DNA from: Octopus sinensis
Lineage: Eukaryota
Assembly: GCF_006345805.1 (NCBI RefSeq)
Contig: NC_043002.1
Span: forward strand, 2,542,001 to 2,606,000
DNA: 64,000 bases
Reading direction: 5' to 3'
Position numbers and translations under genes: made by a program. Below are positions 11,937 to 25,879 of the stretch, piece by piece. A model generated the notes under the pieces. It was not told the origin of the DNA and did not search any database. It worked only from the letters and a program-made list of their open reading frames with translations. Position 1 is the stretch's first letter; each line of letters begins with the position of its first letter.

Positions 11937-14335
11937 TGATTGATTGATTCTAGTTTCAGCTCACAAGCTGTGGCCATGCTGGGGCACCGCCATTTGGTGT
12001 TGCTACATGGTTTTACTTCACGAATGCTTTTTAGCAACTGCCATTTGGTGCATGAGAGAGTTCGATGCAGCTGCCCTCATCTGCACCTCCTGCCGTGAAG
12101 TTGGTTCATCTGGGACACCTGACAAGAAGAGATCCAGTTTCATTTTAAAGACATCTGCATCCACCCCATGCAGGTCTCTTAGGTTCTTCGGGAGGATATT
12201 GAAGAGCTGTGGGCCTCGGAAGCCCAGGCTATCAGAGTATTTTGTCCTACATCTTGATGGCAAATTTGGAGTCCTTGGCACCACGCAGTGGTGCCCAGTT
12301 CTGGCATTTGTATAACTCTCGATGCCAAAGTTTGGAACAAGTCCTTCCAGGATCTTCCAGATGTATATTATGGCATATCTTTCTCGCCTACGCTCCAAGG
12401 AATAGAGTTTTAATCTCTTGAGTCTTTCCCAGTAGCTTATATGCTGCACAGAGGCTATCTTCTTCATGTAGCTACGTTGGATCGCCTCAAGTTCTGTGAT
12501 CAGCTTTACACTGGATGGTGACCATAGCTGAGAGCAATAGTCAAAGTGGCTTAGGACAAGTGTCCTCCAGAGGACCATCATGGTTTCTTGTTCTCTTGTT
12601 CTAAAGGTTCTAAGAATCCATCCGGCCAGTCGTCTACATTTCATTGCCAATTTAGCAACATGTACACGAAAGGTTGCGTCATCACTCATGTAAATACCCA
12701 GGTCACGCACTGATTGTGCCTCTGGGATTGCAATTCCTCCGGGTCCAGTGTATTCATTGGGTATTGCATTTAGTTTTGCATGCTGATAGCATAAACTTGA
12801 AACTTTTCAGCATTGAACTGCATGCTATTCTTTTCAGCCCACTTGTATATTTTGCCCAGCTCACATTGCAGGCGTTTAGTGTCCTCAGGGTTCTGTATTG
12901 CCTGTGAGACTTTTGTATCATCTGCTTAACTTGTGATCGTGGCTCTCTGCGTGGCTGAGGGCATGTCTGAGAGGGCCATTATGAACAGTAGTGGTCCCAA
13001 AACAGTGCCCTGCGGAACACCGCTCACTATTTGCGTGTTTATGGAAGTGGCCCCATTGGCTACTACCACCTGACTTCTATCTTTCAGAAAGTCATGAAGC
13101 CATTCTGCCAGTTTTCCAACTATGCTAAGATCACGCAGTTTGTGACATATCATTCTATGATCGACTTTATCAAAGGCCTTTGCAAAGTCGAGATATATCA
13201 CTTCCACATTTGAGTGGTTGAGCAGTCGTTTCAGCACCCAGTCATAGTGTTGTAGGAGCTGAGTTAAACAGCTTCTTCCTGGTTGGGTGTCAGGCAGCAA
13301 GTCATTTTCTTCAAGGAAGGTGATCAGTTTCCTTCTGACTATTCGTTCCATGACCTTGCTGATCTGTGAGGTCAGAGAGATAGGTCTGTAGTTCTTGGCC
13401 TCCGCTCTGCTACCTCCTTTATGAATAGGGCATATTTTACCTTCCTTCAGTTTTCTTGGAAGTTTGCCAGCTGCAAGGAAGCTCTGAAAGAGGAACTGCA
13501 GTGGTCTTGCTAGGACTCTCTTACATACTTTTAGGAGGATTGCCGGGAATCCATCGGGGCCAGTAGCTGAGTCTGTTTTTATTTCATCTATAGCCTTTAT
13601 TACATCGTCTTCCTTTATATCGATGTAATCTATCGTCGCCGCCTCTGATTTTATATCTGCAGTGGTAAAGAAGTCAGTTGGATTGGTGATTTGGAAATGC
13701 CCAAGGGGTGGAGTGAAAACACTCTTGAATTGCTCATTCAGTATTTCACTTACCCTCATTGGTTTTCCTGTGAGTGTGCCATCCTTTTCAAGGAGTGGCC
13801 CTATCCTACAGTGCACCGTAGCTGTTTCTTTGGCATACTTGTAGAAAGCTCTGGGGTTAGATTTTATGTTGTCTATAGCCCAGGCTTCTTTGTCTGCTCT
13901 TTCCTTTTCATGGGAGAGTTGCAGACATTTTTCGATTTTCAACAGTTTTATTTTCAGGCGGGACTTTTCACTGCTTTCAATTTGTTTATTTAGGCGATTT
14001 GAAATTTTTGTACGCCGTCTCATTAAAATTTTCCTCTCTCTGGGGATTTTGTTCTTGTGTACAGTGGCCTTTCTATCTGGGACACATTTGTAGCATATGG
14101 CTTGCATTACAGACATGAATTGTTGAAGTTTCACGTCGATGTCTGGCGAGGAGAGACATTCTGGCCAGTTTTGTTTGAGGATCTCTTTCTCAATTTGTTT
14201 CCAGTTTGCCTTATGGAAGTTCAAGCTGGAAAGATTCTGAGGGTTTCTTGTAGGCTGCATGTCCGTGCTCTCTTTTGGCCCGTACATGGTCAGCTCTCCC
14301 ATGTTGTGATCCGAGAGTAGTGTCGGTGTTACTTT
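11934..14335 (-). mobile_element. 5'-truncated CR1/L2-group (Crack/Kiri-like) LINE, inactivated
   Basis: RT motifs NYRPISLTS, YLDFAKAFDKVDH, SGVPQGTVLGPLLF. YADD is mutated to *ADDTK at ~12926; small deletion at LPDTQ-PGRSC. C-terminus SLERRRERY...FKMKLDLFL; (AATC)n tail at 11934-11950; (TA)n flanks. Confidence 0.9.
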
Positions 14336-14343
14336 CACATATA

Positions 14344-14427
<84 letters not shown>

Positions 14428-14442
14428 TATGTACATATATGT

Positions 14443-14507
<65 letters not shown>

Positions 14508-14546
14508 CAAATGAAATAAAATGAAAAACAGGCCACAAAGGATGTC

Positions 14547-14640
14547 GCGGTACATATGTTTCGAGCTTTATAAAACAGCTTATTCTTACATCAATGCATA
14601 ATCGACATAACAGATAGTTTAAAAAGCCCTCTTCAGCCGC
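14547..14640 (-). ncRNA. Minimal type I hammerhead ribozyme
   Basis: GCGG / CTGAAGA / GGGCTTT...AAAGCTC / GAAA / CATATG / (G)TA / CCGC: all canonical core nucleotides and three stems present. Confidence 0.85.
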
Positions 14641-14926
14641 ATGCAATTGCCACACAAAGACTTGTATCACATTATGAAAGGTTTGAGAAAGAACATTTGG
14701 TATTATTTATAATGGTAGGTAAACCAAGTATCACTGGGAAAGTATGTTTGTAAATCTTGGACGATTTTTTGGAGTCCAATAATACCCTGTACGCCTATTT
14801 GATTATGAAGATTTACAATCATACTTTCCCAGTGATACGCGGTTTACCTACTATTATAAACAATACCAAATGTTCTTTCTCAAACCTTTCATAATGTGAT
14901 ACAAGTCTTTGGTGTAGCAATTGCAT

Positions 14927-15019
14927 GCGGCTGGAGAGGGCTTTTAAACTATCTGTTATGTCGATTATGCATTGATGCAAGAATAAGTTGTTCTATAAAG
15001 CTCGAAACATATGTACCGC
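14927..15019 (+). ncRNA. Hammerhead ribozyme copy with mutated core (CTGGAGA)
   Basis: Inverted copy of 14547-14640; A6 to G in the CUGANGA core. Confidence 0.65.
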
Positions 15020-15272
15020 GACATCCTTTGTGTTCTGTTTTTCATTTTATTTCATTTGATACATATATTCTATCTCCTATGCTACTAGCTGGCATATACA
15101 GGTGCTTACATTTATCAAGTATTCACTCTGAATTTATTGTACCTACCTCATCTATATATATATATATATATATATAAATTTATATATGAGGATAATATCG
15201 ATATTTAAGTGTCGAAATTATCAAGTGGCCAGCATGAAAGAGATACCTTACAAAGGTAAAAAAATTTTTAAC

Positions 15273-15399
15273 AATTAAAAATGAGGGTGTCTAAAAGACA
15301 CCAACATGCCGAAATAGCAGGAAAGAGATACCTTAGTGGTACTATAGTCAGTGTTTCGACTGCTATTTCGGCATGTTGGTGTCTTTTAGACACCCTCAT

Positions 15400-15407
<8 letters not shown>
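15273..15407. repeat. Perfect 48-bp inverted repeat with 39-nt loop
   Basis: aattaaaaatgagggtgtctaaaagacaccaacatgccgaaatagcag (15273-15320) is the exact reverse complement of 15360-15407. Confidence 0.9.
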
Positions 15408-15432
<25 letters not shown>

Positions 15433-16025
15433 CGCGCATGCATAGCCGTGTAGTCAAGAGCACGCTTTGCAAGCAAGCAGATGGAAACTGTGTGGAAGTC
15501 TGTCAAATATATATGTGTCTATGTCTGGTCGACAACAGGAGTCATTTCTCTTTACACCCCACTCCACGTAACTTAACGGTTCGTTAAAAGTTACCCAAAA
15601 AATAAATAGCAGACTTCAATATAAGTAACGCAGTCGACTTGTCCGATTAAATTCTTCATGGCGATACTCCAGCACGGCCACACACCAGTGACGAAAACAA
15701 ATAAAAGATAACAAGAGATGCAGCAGGGAATTTTGTCAGTGAAGAGGTCATCGCGGTCTGAAAGCAACGAAAATATTTTGACAAATTAAATGTTGAAGTG
15801 AATCGAACGGTTTTTGTGTGTTTCTTAAATGGGTTAGAAACACCTTCCACGCTGCAATTGTTTTCGTTCCAGCACACGATCTCAGATCAAGTCACTCGCT
15901 GTGCAAGTACATCCCCGTAAAATAAAAGATAGATGTATGAATCGTAGAGAGATAAGTATATGCATGTATATACACATTCACCCACACACACGCATACTTA
16001 CATATATACACACATACATATATAC

Positions 16026-16430
16026 AGGCTCCATTGAAATTTCAGCAACATCAACAGAGTAGCTTTGTATGTATGGAGTTGTATGTATGTATGTGTGTAT
16101 TTGTTCATATTTGTATGTTTTGTTTTACGCATGTCTTCTCATGCATATACTTCCATATCTAGACATTCTCGTATATATATTGAAATAATAAACTTTCTGG
16201 AAAGTTTTACAGTTGCTAACAGATACAATGATGGCTTGAATTTGTAGTCTTCGAATCAGCTTTCTCCTTTCTGGTTTTGAGAAGACTAATTTCTTAAGAT
16301 TAGTACTTAGGCAGTATGTTACATATCCCAGTGCCCTAATAATTACAGGTATAGGCCCGAACCTATAATCTTGGATAGAGTAACTGCAAGTTTCTCAATA
16401 GTCCGGCGCAGGTATTTTCTTTTACGTACA
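16026..16430 (-). mobile_element. 3' end of R4/Dong-like RLE retrotransposon
   Basis: Minus strand (one frameshift): [17 protein letters not shown]...[41 protein letters not shown], then a 3' UTR homologous to the 6800-6965 copy. Confidence 0.75.
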
Positions 16431-16451
16431 TGTATGGGCATATATATATAT

Positions 16452-16497
<46 letters not shown>

Positions 16498-16536
16498 GGT
16501 ATGTATATATGTATATGTATATATGTATATATATAT

Positions 16537-16587
<51 letters not shown>

Positions 16588-16833
16588 ATATATATATATA
16601 TATAATATATATTATATATATATATTATATATATATATAGGTATATTATATATATATGTATATGGTATATATATATATATGTATATATATGTATATGTAT
16701 ATATATGTATATATATGTATATATATGTATATATATATGTATATATATATTTATGTATATGTATGTATGTATATGTATGTATGTGTACGTTTAAATATAT
16801 ATATCCATACATGCACACATATATATTACACCC

Positions 16834-16872
<39 letters not shown>

Positions 16873-18394
16873 TATATGGAGAGAGAGAGAAAGAGAGAGA
16901 GATGTGTGTGTGTATGTATTCGGCTCTCAATTATATATTTATTATGTAGAACAGAAGAAGAGAACGAGTCTTCCCACAGACTCAATATTCTCGTATCTGT
17001 TATGTTCCGCTCTACCGCTCCGTTGATGGCTCTAAAGACAGCCAACCATCTCATCCACCGAATTTTCGGTTGTGGTGAGGTAGAAGGTTTCTGTTTAACC
17101 GTGAAATGTTTATATCGCTTAAATTATGATATAGAAACATTTATGAAGAATATCATTGCTCATAAATGTCTTATTTTGTGTTTAGGTTGTAATTGCTAGC
17201 TTATTACTCATAATTAGGTATAGGAAGAAAAAAAATGGTTATATATATGAATGTGTGTGTGTCTGTGTGTATATGTGTGTGTCTGTGTGTCTGTGTGTGT
17301 GTGCATAATGGACGGTTGAATGTATGTAGATATACACAGAGCCATATAGAGAGACAGGAAGAAGGAGAGAGAAAAAGAAAGAGAGTAATCTATAAATTGT
17401 CAAGTAGTTGATGGATGGTGCCAAATCCAGCCGTGACTGTCTCATTGTAGAGAATAATGCATTTAGAACTACCTTATCAAACGCATAAGTTTTCGCTAAG
17501 TTGAGAAAATGCGACTTGAAGTTGAACAGGCTGAATAAGTAAGAAAGAGACAAGTGTTTTATTGTCGTGGAATTTATAAATTTGCTATATTCTTTCCAAT
17601 TTCCAGATATGCCGGGAACATCAAGTTGTATGTTGTCTGCTTTGCTTAGGAAGAAGGGTCTTCAACCATATTCTTCAATTGTTTTATGTAACCAAAAGAA
17701 TTCCTTACGAATCGCCACAGCAGTTGAAACTAGGACACCATACTTTTAAAAGCACCCTCTTACCTGAGCCAATGTTCTCAAGGAACATTTGGAGATAATA
17801 GGAAAACAAGAATTGGTGTCAAAATTCTGACACGAAAACAAACAACCTTTAAATAACCTGCTGCAAAAATAGAATTCCGACTGCAATAACAATCAATTTT
17901 TGGTGTGACTTTCGCTAATGTGGGGGTGGGTACCCAACTCATTAGCAAATACGTTTTAAGGATCTGAACCTAATTCTGGTCGTTGAGTAACGGACACGGA
18001 ACGGTTAACTTGGAGTATCAACAAACACAAGAGGATGCATCGTGAAAATAAATACTTATGTATGTGTGGGTGTGTAGATGTGCTCGCTCATATTCACATG
18101 CATACACGAGCATATATGCATGAATGTATATACATACATTCGTAAGTATACATATATATACATACATATATATACATATATATACATATATATATATATA
18201 TATACGGAAGAAGGTTTGAAAATGCAATTTAAAAGATGTTTATTTACTTTACCGGTTTCACTCTTTGGAAAAAGATTGTCAATCTTTTCTAAAGAGTGAA
18301 ACCAGTAAAGTAAATAAACATCTTTTAAATTGCATTTTCAAACCTTCTTTCGTATATGATTCCACTCGTGCGGTACCCTACACCTCCACTTTGT

Positions 18395-18492
<98 letters not shown>

Positions 18493-18494
18493 CT

Positions 18495-19660
18495 ACAGTC
18501 CATCAAAAAAGAAATGAATGTGCTTTTTTAACCGCTGCTAACTCATTTGACTCTGATTTCCTTTTCGATTTAACTCATTAGAAATAATGGGAGCTGAGCT
18601 AAGTTTTAAAGGAAATTTAAGTTAAAGTGTTGCGAGAAGAGTGTAAATGCAGTGAAAGTGAAAGAGTGTTTAGGGGGTAGTTTTAAACACATCCATTTTA
18701 TGTGGCTTTCTCTCACCCGAAGTAGATGGAACTGTTCAGAATGTCCACAAGAAAGGTTTCAGAAGACCACAAACGAAGAAATGGTAAGAGAAACGTATTG
18801 CCAGAGTTCAAGAAAATCTCTGTAGCAAGCGAGTCGTGGAATAGGAATATCAAAATCGGGCGTCCATCGCAAATGATACTTTCGGAGAATAGTCCATGCT
18901 CTCAATGAAGAGAATCCGAACGGTTGAGAGGAGTTTTGCGGTTGGTACTTGATAAGATGTGTAGAAGATGCACGCTTTCCAACAAACATTGTTTGGAATG
19001 ATTAGGCTACGTTCAAACAACATCACACAAATTGCACTGAATTAATTAATTAATCTGCATATTACGGAGAAACATCGTGTTAATTCACCAGGTGTAACAC
19101 TATGATGCGGCTTATCATGAAAGGGATTAACTCGAACATTCTGCTTCGACGGTCCTGCGACTGGTGCCGTTCATTTGTACTTGCTGCAACTGTCTTCCAT
19201 GCCAAGTAGTCAAGGGAACTTTGAAGAGGTAGAGATTTCTTTTCAGCAAGTCGGGACACACTCACACTAACATAGTAAGGGCCTACTTAATGAGATTTTG
19301 GTAAGCATAAAGATTGCAAGAAGAGGGTCAGTAGAATGCTCTGCACATTTACTAGTCCTCACAACATTACAGTTTTTATGGAGATACATAAACCATAAAA
19401 TTTATTGTACAAAACAGTCAACAACTGGCGGACAACGGGAAGCTGTTGAACGAGAATGATCACTTAAACCGAACGAAATGGTTCTTGGTGTCTGCGATTC
19501 CAAAGCTCGAACAGAAAACTGGGTCGGAATAATCACAGCAGAATAATTAAATTCTGCCGAGAGAATTTATTAAATTTTGAAATGGAAATGTATTTTGATA
19601 AACAAGTCTTTTAGAATCTTTCAATGTGTCTTTATAATTGTTCCGTGCGACACTCTGTAG
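18495..19660 (+). mobile_element. Highly decayed IS630-Tc1-mariner (maT-like, putatively DD37D) transposon
   Basis: Degenerate transposase remnants (FPTNIVWND*ATFK; VNSPGVTL*CGLS; SFQQVG; VRAYLNE; IARRGSVE; FLWRYI). Ends poorly resolved. Confidence 0.55.
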
Positions 19661-19693
19661 ATAGACAGATAGCTAACTAGCTAGCTAACTAGC

Positions 19694-19762
<69 letters not shown>

Positions 19763-19985
19763 TCAGATGAATATGGTACTTAAGCTGAGGCACCAGAATT
19801 GTATTATCCATACAATTTCAAAATAAGGTGATTAAAATCAAAATAAGCAACAAGGATATCCAGAGGTAACGCATTACTTCGATATCCTTGTTCCTTATTT
19901 TGATAGATAGATAGATAGACAGACAGACGGACAGACAGACGGACAGACAGACGGACAGACAGACGGACAGACAGACGGACAGACA

Positions 19986-20020
<35 letters not shown>

Positions 20021-20053
20021 ACAGACAGACAGATAGACAGACAGACGGATAGA
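19658..20053. repeat. (GATA)n and (GACA/GACG/GGCA)n tetranucleotide tracts
   Basis: Direct observation at 19693-19762 and 19902-20053. Confidence 0.9.
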
Positions 20054-20893
20054 TAAACCAATGATTGATTTTCTGGTCTGACGAGCTGGCTTTCTTTATC
20101 TGCATCGATTTGTGAATGTAGAATTACTTATCAATGCAGACATGTAAGCATAATTTATTCTAAACTGAAATTATTATTAGATGAAGGAGGTTGCGAAACG
20201 AGCGTAACCCTCAGGATAACATGTGGTTAAATATATACATTCACATCTCGTACCTTCTGATTTTTTTATGCTTTACACACACACACGGGCGGGCGCATAT
20301 ATATATATGTATGCATATGTATAAATAGTGTCTATGTATATTTATATGTGTGTGTGTGTGTGCGCGCATGTATGTGTGTGTACATATATATCTGTACATG
20401 CATATGTGTTTGAATAATTCTAAACCCCAACAGGCCCAAGCAAATTGATTAAATGTTTACCGATCGTTGAAGTATGGTCTATATTTAACAATCAGACGAG
20501 AGCCACTGAAATCTATAAATTTATTTGCCTGAGAAAATATTAGGAATACCTGGCATCATTGGGATTCTGCTTTCTTCACCTGCAGACACAATTTTATTGG
20601 ATTTTATATCATGAAAGATAATTTAAATTTAGAAGAAATAACAAGATCAATCTAAATCATGTTTATATTTTATTTATCTGGTTTTGTTTTTTTGTTTTCT
20701 AGTTAGAAATATCTTGTTTACTATTTGTGTTTGCACATCGTGTCGGAAATATTGTGTAGCAACTTTACAACGGACAGCAAAAGTTCTAACATGTTCTTCA
20801 CTCATTTTACATGAAGACGGCCAGGATCTACTTTTATTCAGTGATTCTTTGGCACATTTCTTACCTATGCTAAAGTTCTCATATACATATATA

Positions 20894-22146
20894 TTGGGTT
20901 GTCCGGAAAGTTCGTGCCGATTTATAGTAGCTTTCCTTTCGACTTATTTTAGAACATGGTTGAGTCCATAAAATGGGATTTGACTACACCTCCATTTAGA
21001 GCACAGTTTAAGCTATCTTTTCGTGGAAGAAGGTTTATGTTCCTATAACCTGTGTTAATTCTGTAACCCTTTAAAATGGAAGATAAGAAAGTTCATTTTC
21101 AGCACTTGATGCTTTTCTATTTCCATAAAGGGAAAAATGCCTCACAAGCAACCAAAGTAATATGCGCAGTTTACGGTGATGTCTCTTTATCCGAAAGAAC
21201 TGTACGGAAGTTTACTATCCAACCACATGTTTCTGGGTTCAATCCCAAGGTTCCGAGCTGGGGATTGTAGCCTTTTTTATAAAGAGCGATCAGGCAGACC
21301 ATCCACTACAGATGATGACCAAATCAAGTCATTAATTGAGAATAACCCACATTGCACAACCCAAGAATTGGCAGAAAGCCTCAACCTATCAAAATCCGTC
21401 GTTCATGAGCACCTGGTAAAGCTTGGGTACATAAATCGCTACGATGTTTGGGTACCACATGAGTTGAGTGAGAATAACCTTTTGGATCGCATTTCCATCT
21501 GTGATTCAGTTTATAAACGGAATGAAAACGCGCCTTTTTTAAAGCATATTGTGACAGGTGATGAGAAATGGATTATCGACTGAAATGTTTAGAAAAAGCG
21601 ACATAAGCCACCCTTAGGCACCCTAAAAGCGGGTCTTCACTCTAAAAATGTCTTGTTTTGTGTCTGGTGGGATTGGAAAGGAATTCTGTACTATGATCTT
21701 ATCCCAAGTAACCAGACAATTAACTCTGAGAAATACTGCACACAACTGGATGAGTTAAAAGCAGCAATTTAAGAGAAACGTCCAGAATTGGCCAACAGGA
21801 AGGGTGTTGTTTTCCAACATGATAATGCAAGACTGGGATGTGTTACCCCACCCTCCATATTCACCAGATATTGCTCCTTTGGATTTCCACTTATTCAGGT
21901 CTCTGCAGAATAGTCTTAATGGTAAAAATTTCAATTCCTTGGATGACGTAAAAAGATACCTTGATGAATTCTTTGCCATGAAACCACCTCAATTCTGGGA
22001 AGAGGGTATTTTCAAGTTACAGGAAAGATGGAGACGCATTGTGCAACAAAATGGTTAATATTTGGTTGATTAAAAATGTTATGGCAAGTATTTATTGACC
22101 TTTGTCTTGCCTTTAAAAATCGGCATGAACTTTCCGGACAACACAA
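20894..22146 (+). mobile_element. Mariner transposon, near full length, inactivated
   Basis: TIRs ttgggttgtccggaaagttcgtgccgattt / aaatcggcatgaactttccggacaacacaa with TA duplications. Motifs WVPHEL, IVTGDEKW, HDNAR, PHPPYSPDIAP; stops, a deletion after HDNAR and a foreign patch at 21208-21248. Confidence 0.92.
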
Positions 22147-22309
22147 TATTTTATTTTTTTATTTATTCTTCTATCTAATTTAACACTGACTCCTTGACCA
22201 CTCCCCCAAGTATGATATTTTGCGCTATGCCTACCCCCGAAAAAGTCCCCCACCAACACCCCGTTAAACCTGCCTAAATGTATAAATGCCAATACAATTC
22301 TTGTTAACT

Positions 22310-22360
22310 AGCTTCCTGAAGATTTCTCTTGAATGAAACAGTTCTAGTCCTGTAGAAGCT
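22310..22360 (+). ncRNA. Minimal type I hammerhead ribozyme in a pLTR-like repeat
   Basis: AGCTTC / CTGAAGA / T-TTC-TCTT-GAA-T / GAAA / CAG-TTCTAGTC-CTG / (G)TA / GAAGCT. The flank to 22445 matches 31303-31432. Confidence 0.75.
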
Positions 22361-22451
22361 CCTTCTATATAATAAATTAATTTTACTCTGCTATGTATGA
22401 GTACCTTATTTACTGTGGTTAACCCCGAATCAACCGGGACCTACATATATA

Positions 22452-22498
<47 letters not shown>

Positions 22499-22976
22499 AA
22501 TATAATATATATATATATACATATATATATGCGTGTATGTATGTATATATATGCATGCATATATGTATGTACGTATGTATGTATACATATTATATAGGCG
22601 CAGATAAGGTGGCGGGTTGACAAAATCGGTCGAAGAGACGGAAAGTGTAGAGATCAGGTTTCAAAAATAAGTATTGAGGTCGATTCGCTCGATAATCTTT
22701 CTATGTGCTGCTCCAGCATGGTCGCACTCAAATCATTGAAACAAGTACTATATAAAAGGTAATATGTATAGGTGTGCTTGCGTAGTAATAAGTTTACTTT
22801 CCAACCACATGTTTCTGGGTTCAATCCCAATGCATGGCATCTTGGGCAAGTGTCTTCTGCTATAGCTCCGGCCGACCAGTTTTGTAAGTGGATTTGGTAG
22901 ACGGAAACTGAAAGAAGCGCATATAGACAGACAGACAGACAGACTGTCAGACAGATAGACAGACAGACAGACAGAC

Positions 22977-23069
<93 letters not shown>

Positions 23070-24029
23070 TAGATAGATATAGATAGATAGATAGACAGAC
23101 AGACAGGTAGTTGTCATGACAGATGTGAAGTGAAATGTCTACAAGTGGGAATCGAAACTCAGCCTCAATAAAACGTTTTGGAAGTTTTCCACGAAGAGAA
23201 AGCCGGAAAATATTTGATGTCAATTCTTCAAGGAACCGGAAGGAAGACAGACAAAACTGACCTCCGAGGCGAACATTGGATTTCGCCTTCGGACAATTAG
23301 ACGAAATCATTGCTTGTTTATGTCGTGTGTGTGTGTGTCTGTGTGTCTGTGTATGGTTGTGTATGTGACTGAGTACTTGTGACTGCGTGTGTGAGATTGC
23401 GTGTATGCGTGACATTGTGTACCTGTGTGTGTGTATTTGTGATTGTGAGTTTGTGTGTAATTGTGTATGTATGTGCGTCGTGTCTGTGCGCGCACGTAGT
23501 GTGTGTGTGTGGTGTGTGTGTGTGTGTGTTGTGTGTGTGTGTGTTTCCTGATAAGCATCAACCGCGTCAATCTGTTGAGGTCATCAACTTTTATGAACGC
23601 CTTTTCTCGACCGGCGGAGAGTATCGATGGCACCTCTGTTTAGTTTGAACTTCCATTGATTAATGTCTGAAAGGAATCTGCTGTCTTGGAAATAGCAGAA
23701 ACCATTATGGAAACGGTGGAAGAGTTGCGGAGATAATGAACGAGTCCGGCGTTGGGATAAATGGCATAAACATATCAGTGGTAGAATGGTATTGGTGAGT
23801 GAGTTGGTTTTTGGGGTTTTTTTGGTAAGAAATGAATGAAAATTCTTGGTCTTCTGCGTTGGTTATTTACACACACGCACACACACACACAAACGTACAC
23901 ACACCACCACACACATGCATACACACACATATGTATATTCACACGCACACATACACTCACAATCACAACATATAAACACATTCATATATAAAACGGAAAA
24001 AGCTCCTTGACGAGTCAGAGAGACTCATG

Positions 24030-24250
24030 ACCTGGTTTTCCGGATTCTGAGGTGTAACCTCCCCGTTCCTCCCCCTGGATGGGACACGAGTCCATCGCAG
24101 AATTAACTCATTTCTTCCAGCTGACTGGACTGCGCTAACGTGAACCGGAGTGTTTTGCTCAAGAATACAACGCATACGCCGGTCCTGGAATCGAAACCAC
24201 AATCTTGCGATCATGAGTCCAACTCCCTAACCACCAAGCCATGCGCCTCC
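24030..24250 (-). mobile_element. tRNA-derived SINE
   Basis: Minus strand has A box (gcatggcttggtggttag) and B box (ggtttcgattcc); same family as 50071-50409. Confidence 0.75.
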
Positions 24251-25713
24251 ACTATAGATTCTTATATGTATATATATACACGCCCGCATGCGAATATTGA
24301 CAAAGAAATATGCCTACGCAATATGCAATGACTGTCTGCATTTTTATGAGTGCATTTTTATGAGTGCATGTGTGCACATGAAGCGTGAGTGCACCGAAAG
24401 AGAAACAAGTCAAAGAACCACACATTGATATCATGCGTAGATATATAATTAGTCATACGCATGCGTTGATACGTGATATATGCTTGTAATGTGTGTGTGT
24501 GTGTGTGTGTGTGTGTCCTGCACGTAGGTGTGTGAGTGTACTTATGTATGTGAGAGTGTATAATTTCTGTGAAGGCATAAATATATAGTCAGTCATTACT
24601 TGTAAACACGCTGAGATTTCCTAAACACACCACAATAGTTATTAGTCTAAAATATTGAAGATTATTCCCTTCTCTTGTTGTCTGCTTCTGCTCCAACTGA
24701 TGTTGTACTCGTATAAAAATACCCTGAGATATACATAGACAACACATTTAACCAATAAGAGGCGCGTTAGTTAATTATCTTTCCTGAACGAATATCAATA
24801 GCTTATTCAATAGAGGAACGTGGTCTTTTAGTTAAAGAATAATAAGTGGTAACGAAACGACAGAGAATATCATGATATATCGCCATCTGAAGCTACGATT
24901 CTTGTTGAACACGCTATTCACCAGAGAAGCAAACCTTCATTTAAAGCAAAATAAGAAAAGCTAATTCTTCCACCATTTATTGATTCAGACAGTAAAAATC
25001 AATCAGTCATTGCTTGTTGTTCGAAAGAAGAAGAAAAAAAAAACAGTTAACACCTCTCCAACATTCCACCCTAACAAAACCGAAACGACTATTGCTTTTC
25101 CAACAAAAGTTTCTTTCATCACGATTCTTAGAATTTCTTTGCTGGGCGGATTATATTCCTTTCCAAAAAAAAGGATTTCCAATTGATTGATATTTGAAAA
25201 GGTTTACGATAAATGCCATTCTTAGATTCACAACAAGAAATTTAAAATAATCATTTAGTTCGATTGTAATGTATTGCAGCTTTCTCAGTTCCTTTTTTTC
25301 CTTATCTCAGTAGCATAAAGTATTTTTAAAAAGTAACATATTTCTCTTTTTTTTTCAAAATTTAACGTATCAACAGGAAAACAATAGACGCAATATCGAT
25401 GAAGGAGTCCCAAAAGATTTCACTAACTTTTCATTTTGGATAAATATTATTTCTTAATTTTGTAATCCTAGCTTCAGCAAACAAACAAATTAAATCTCAC
25501 ACACGCATGTACATAATAATCCTATAGGGGTATGTAAGCATGCGTATATGTAGGGACGTATGTATGTATATGTATTATGTGTATACATATGTATATGTAT
25601 GTGTATGTGTATGTGTATATATATATAGGGAGTTTACGAAAAAAACAAACGACGAAGACAGGTGGTGTACAAAACAAACAGATGTGTTAGTATAACGCTC
25701 AAGAATAGAAAAA

Positions 25714-25755
25714 GTCTTTTACGTTTCGAGCCTACGCTCTTCGACAGAAAGGGAC
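25714..25755 (-). ncRNA. Degenerate hammerhead-like motif in a pLTR-like repeat (25625-25810)
   Basis: gtcccttt / CTGTCGA / A-GAGC-GTAG-GCTC / GAAA / CG-TA / aaagac; the core differs from CUGANGA at one position. Confidence 0.45.
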
Positions 25756-25839
25756 ACAGAAAAAACAAGGAGATGAGAAAAAATGTGTGTAGTGGCTACG
25801 ATCTATCATATATATGCATGTATGTATTTATATATATAT

Positions 25840-25874
<35 letters not shown>

Positions 25875-25879
25875 GCATA

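Larger units (their letters stand above)
14501..15066. mobile_element. HHR-bearing fold-back element (inverted pLTR-like arms of ~245 bp, ~70 bp spacer)
   Basis: ~14501-14747 is the diverged reverse complement of ~14820-15066; each arm carries an HHR fold; no ORF. Confidence 0.8.
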
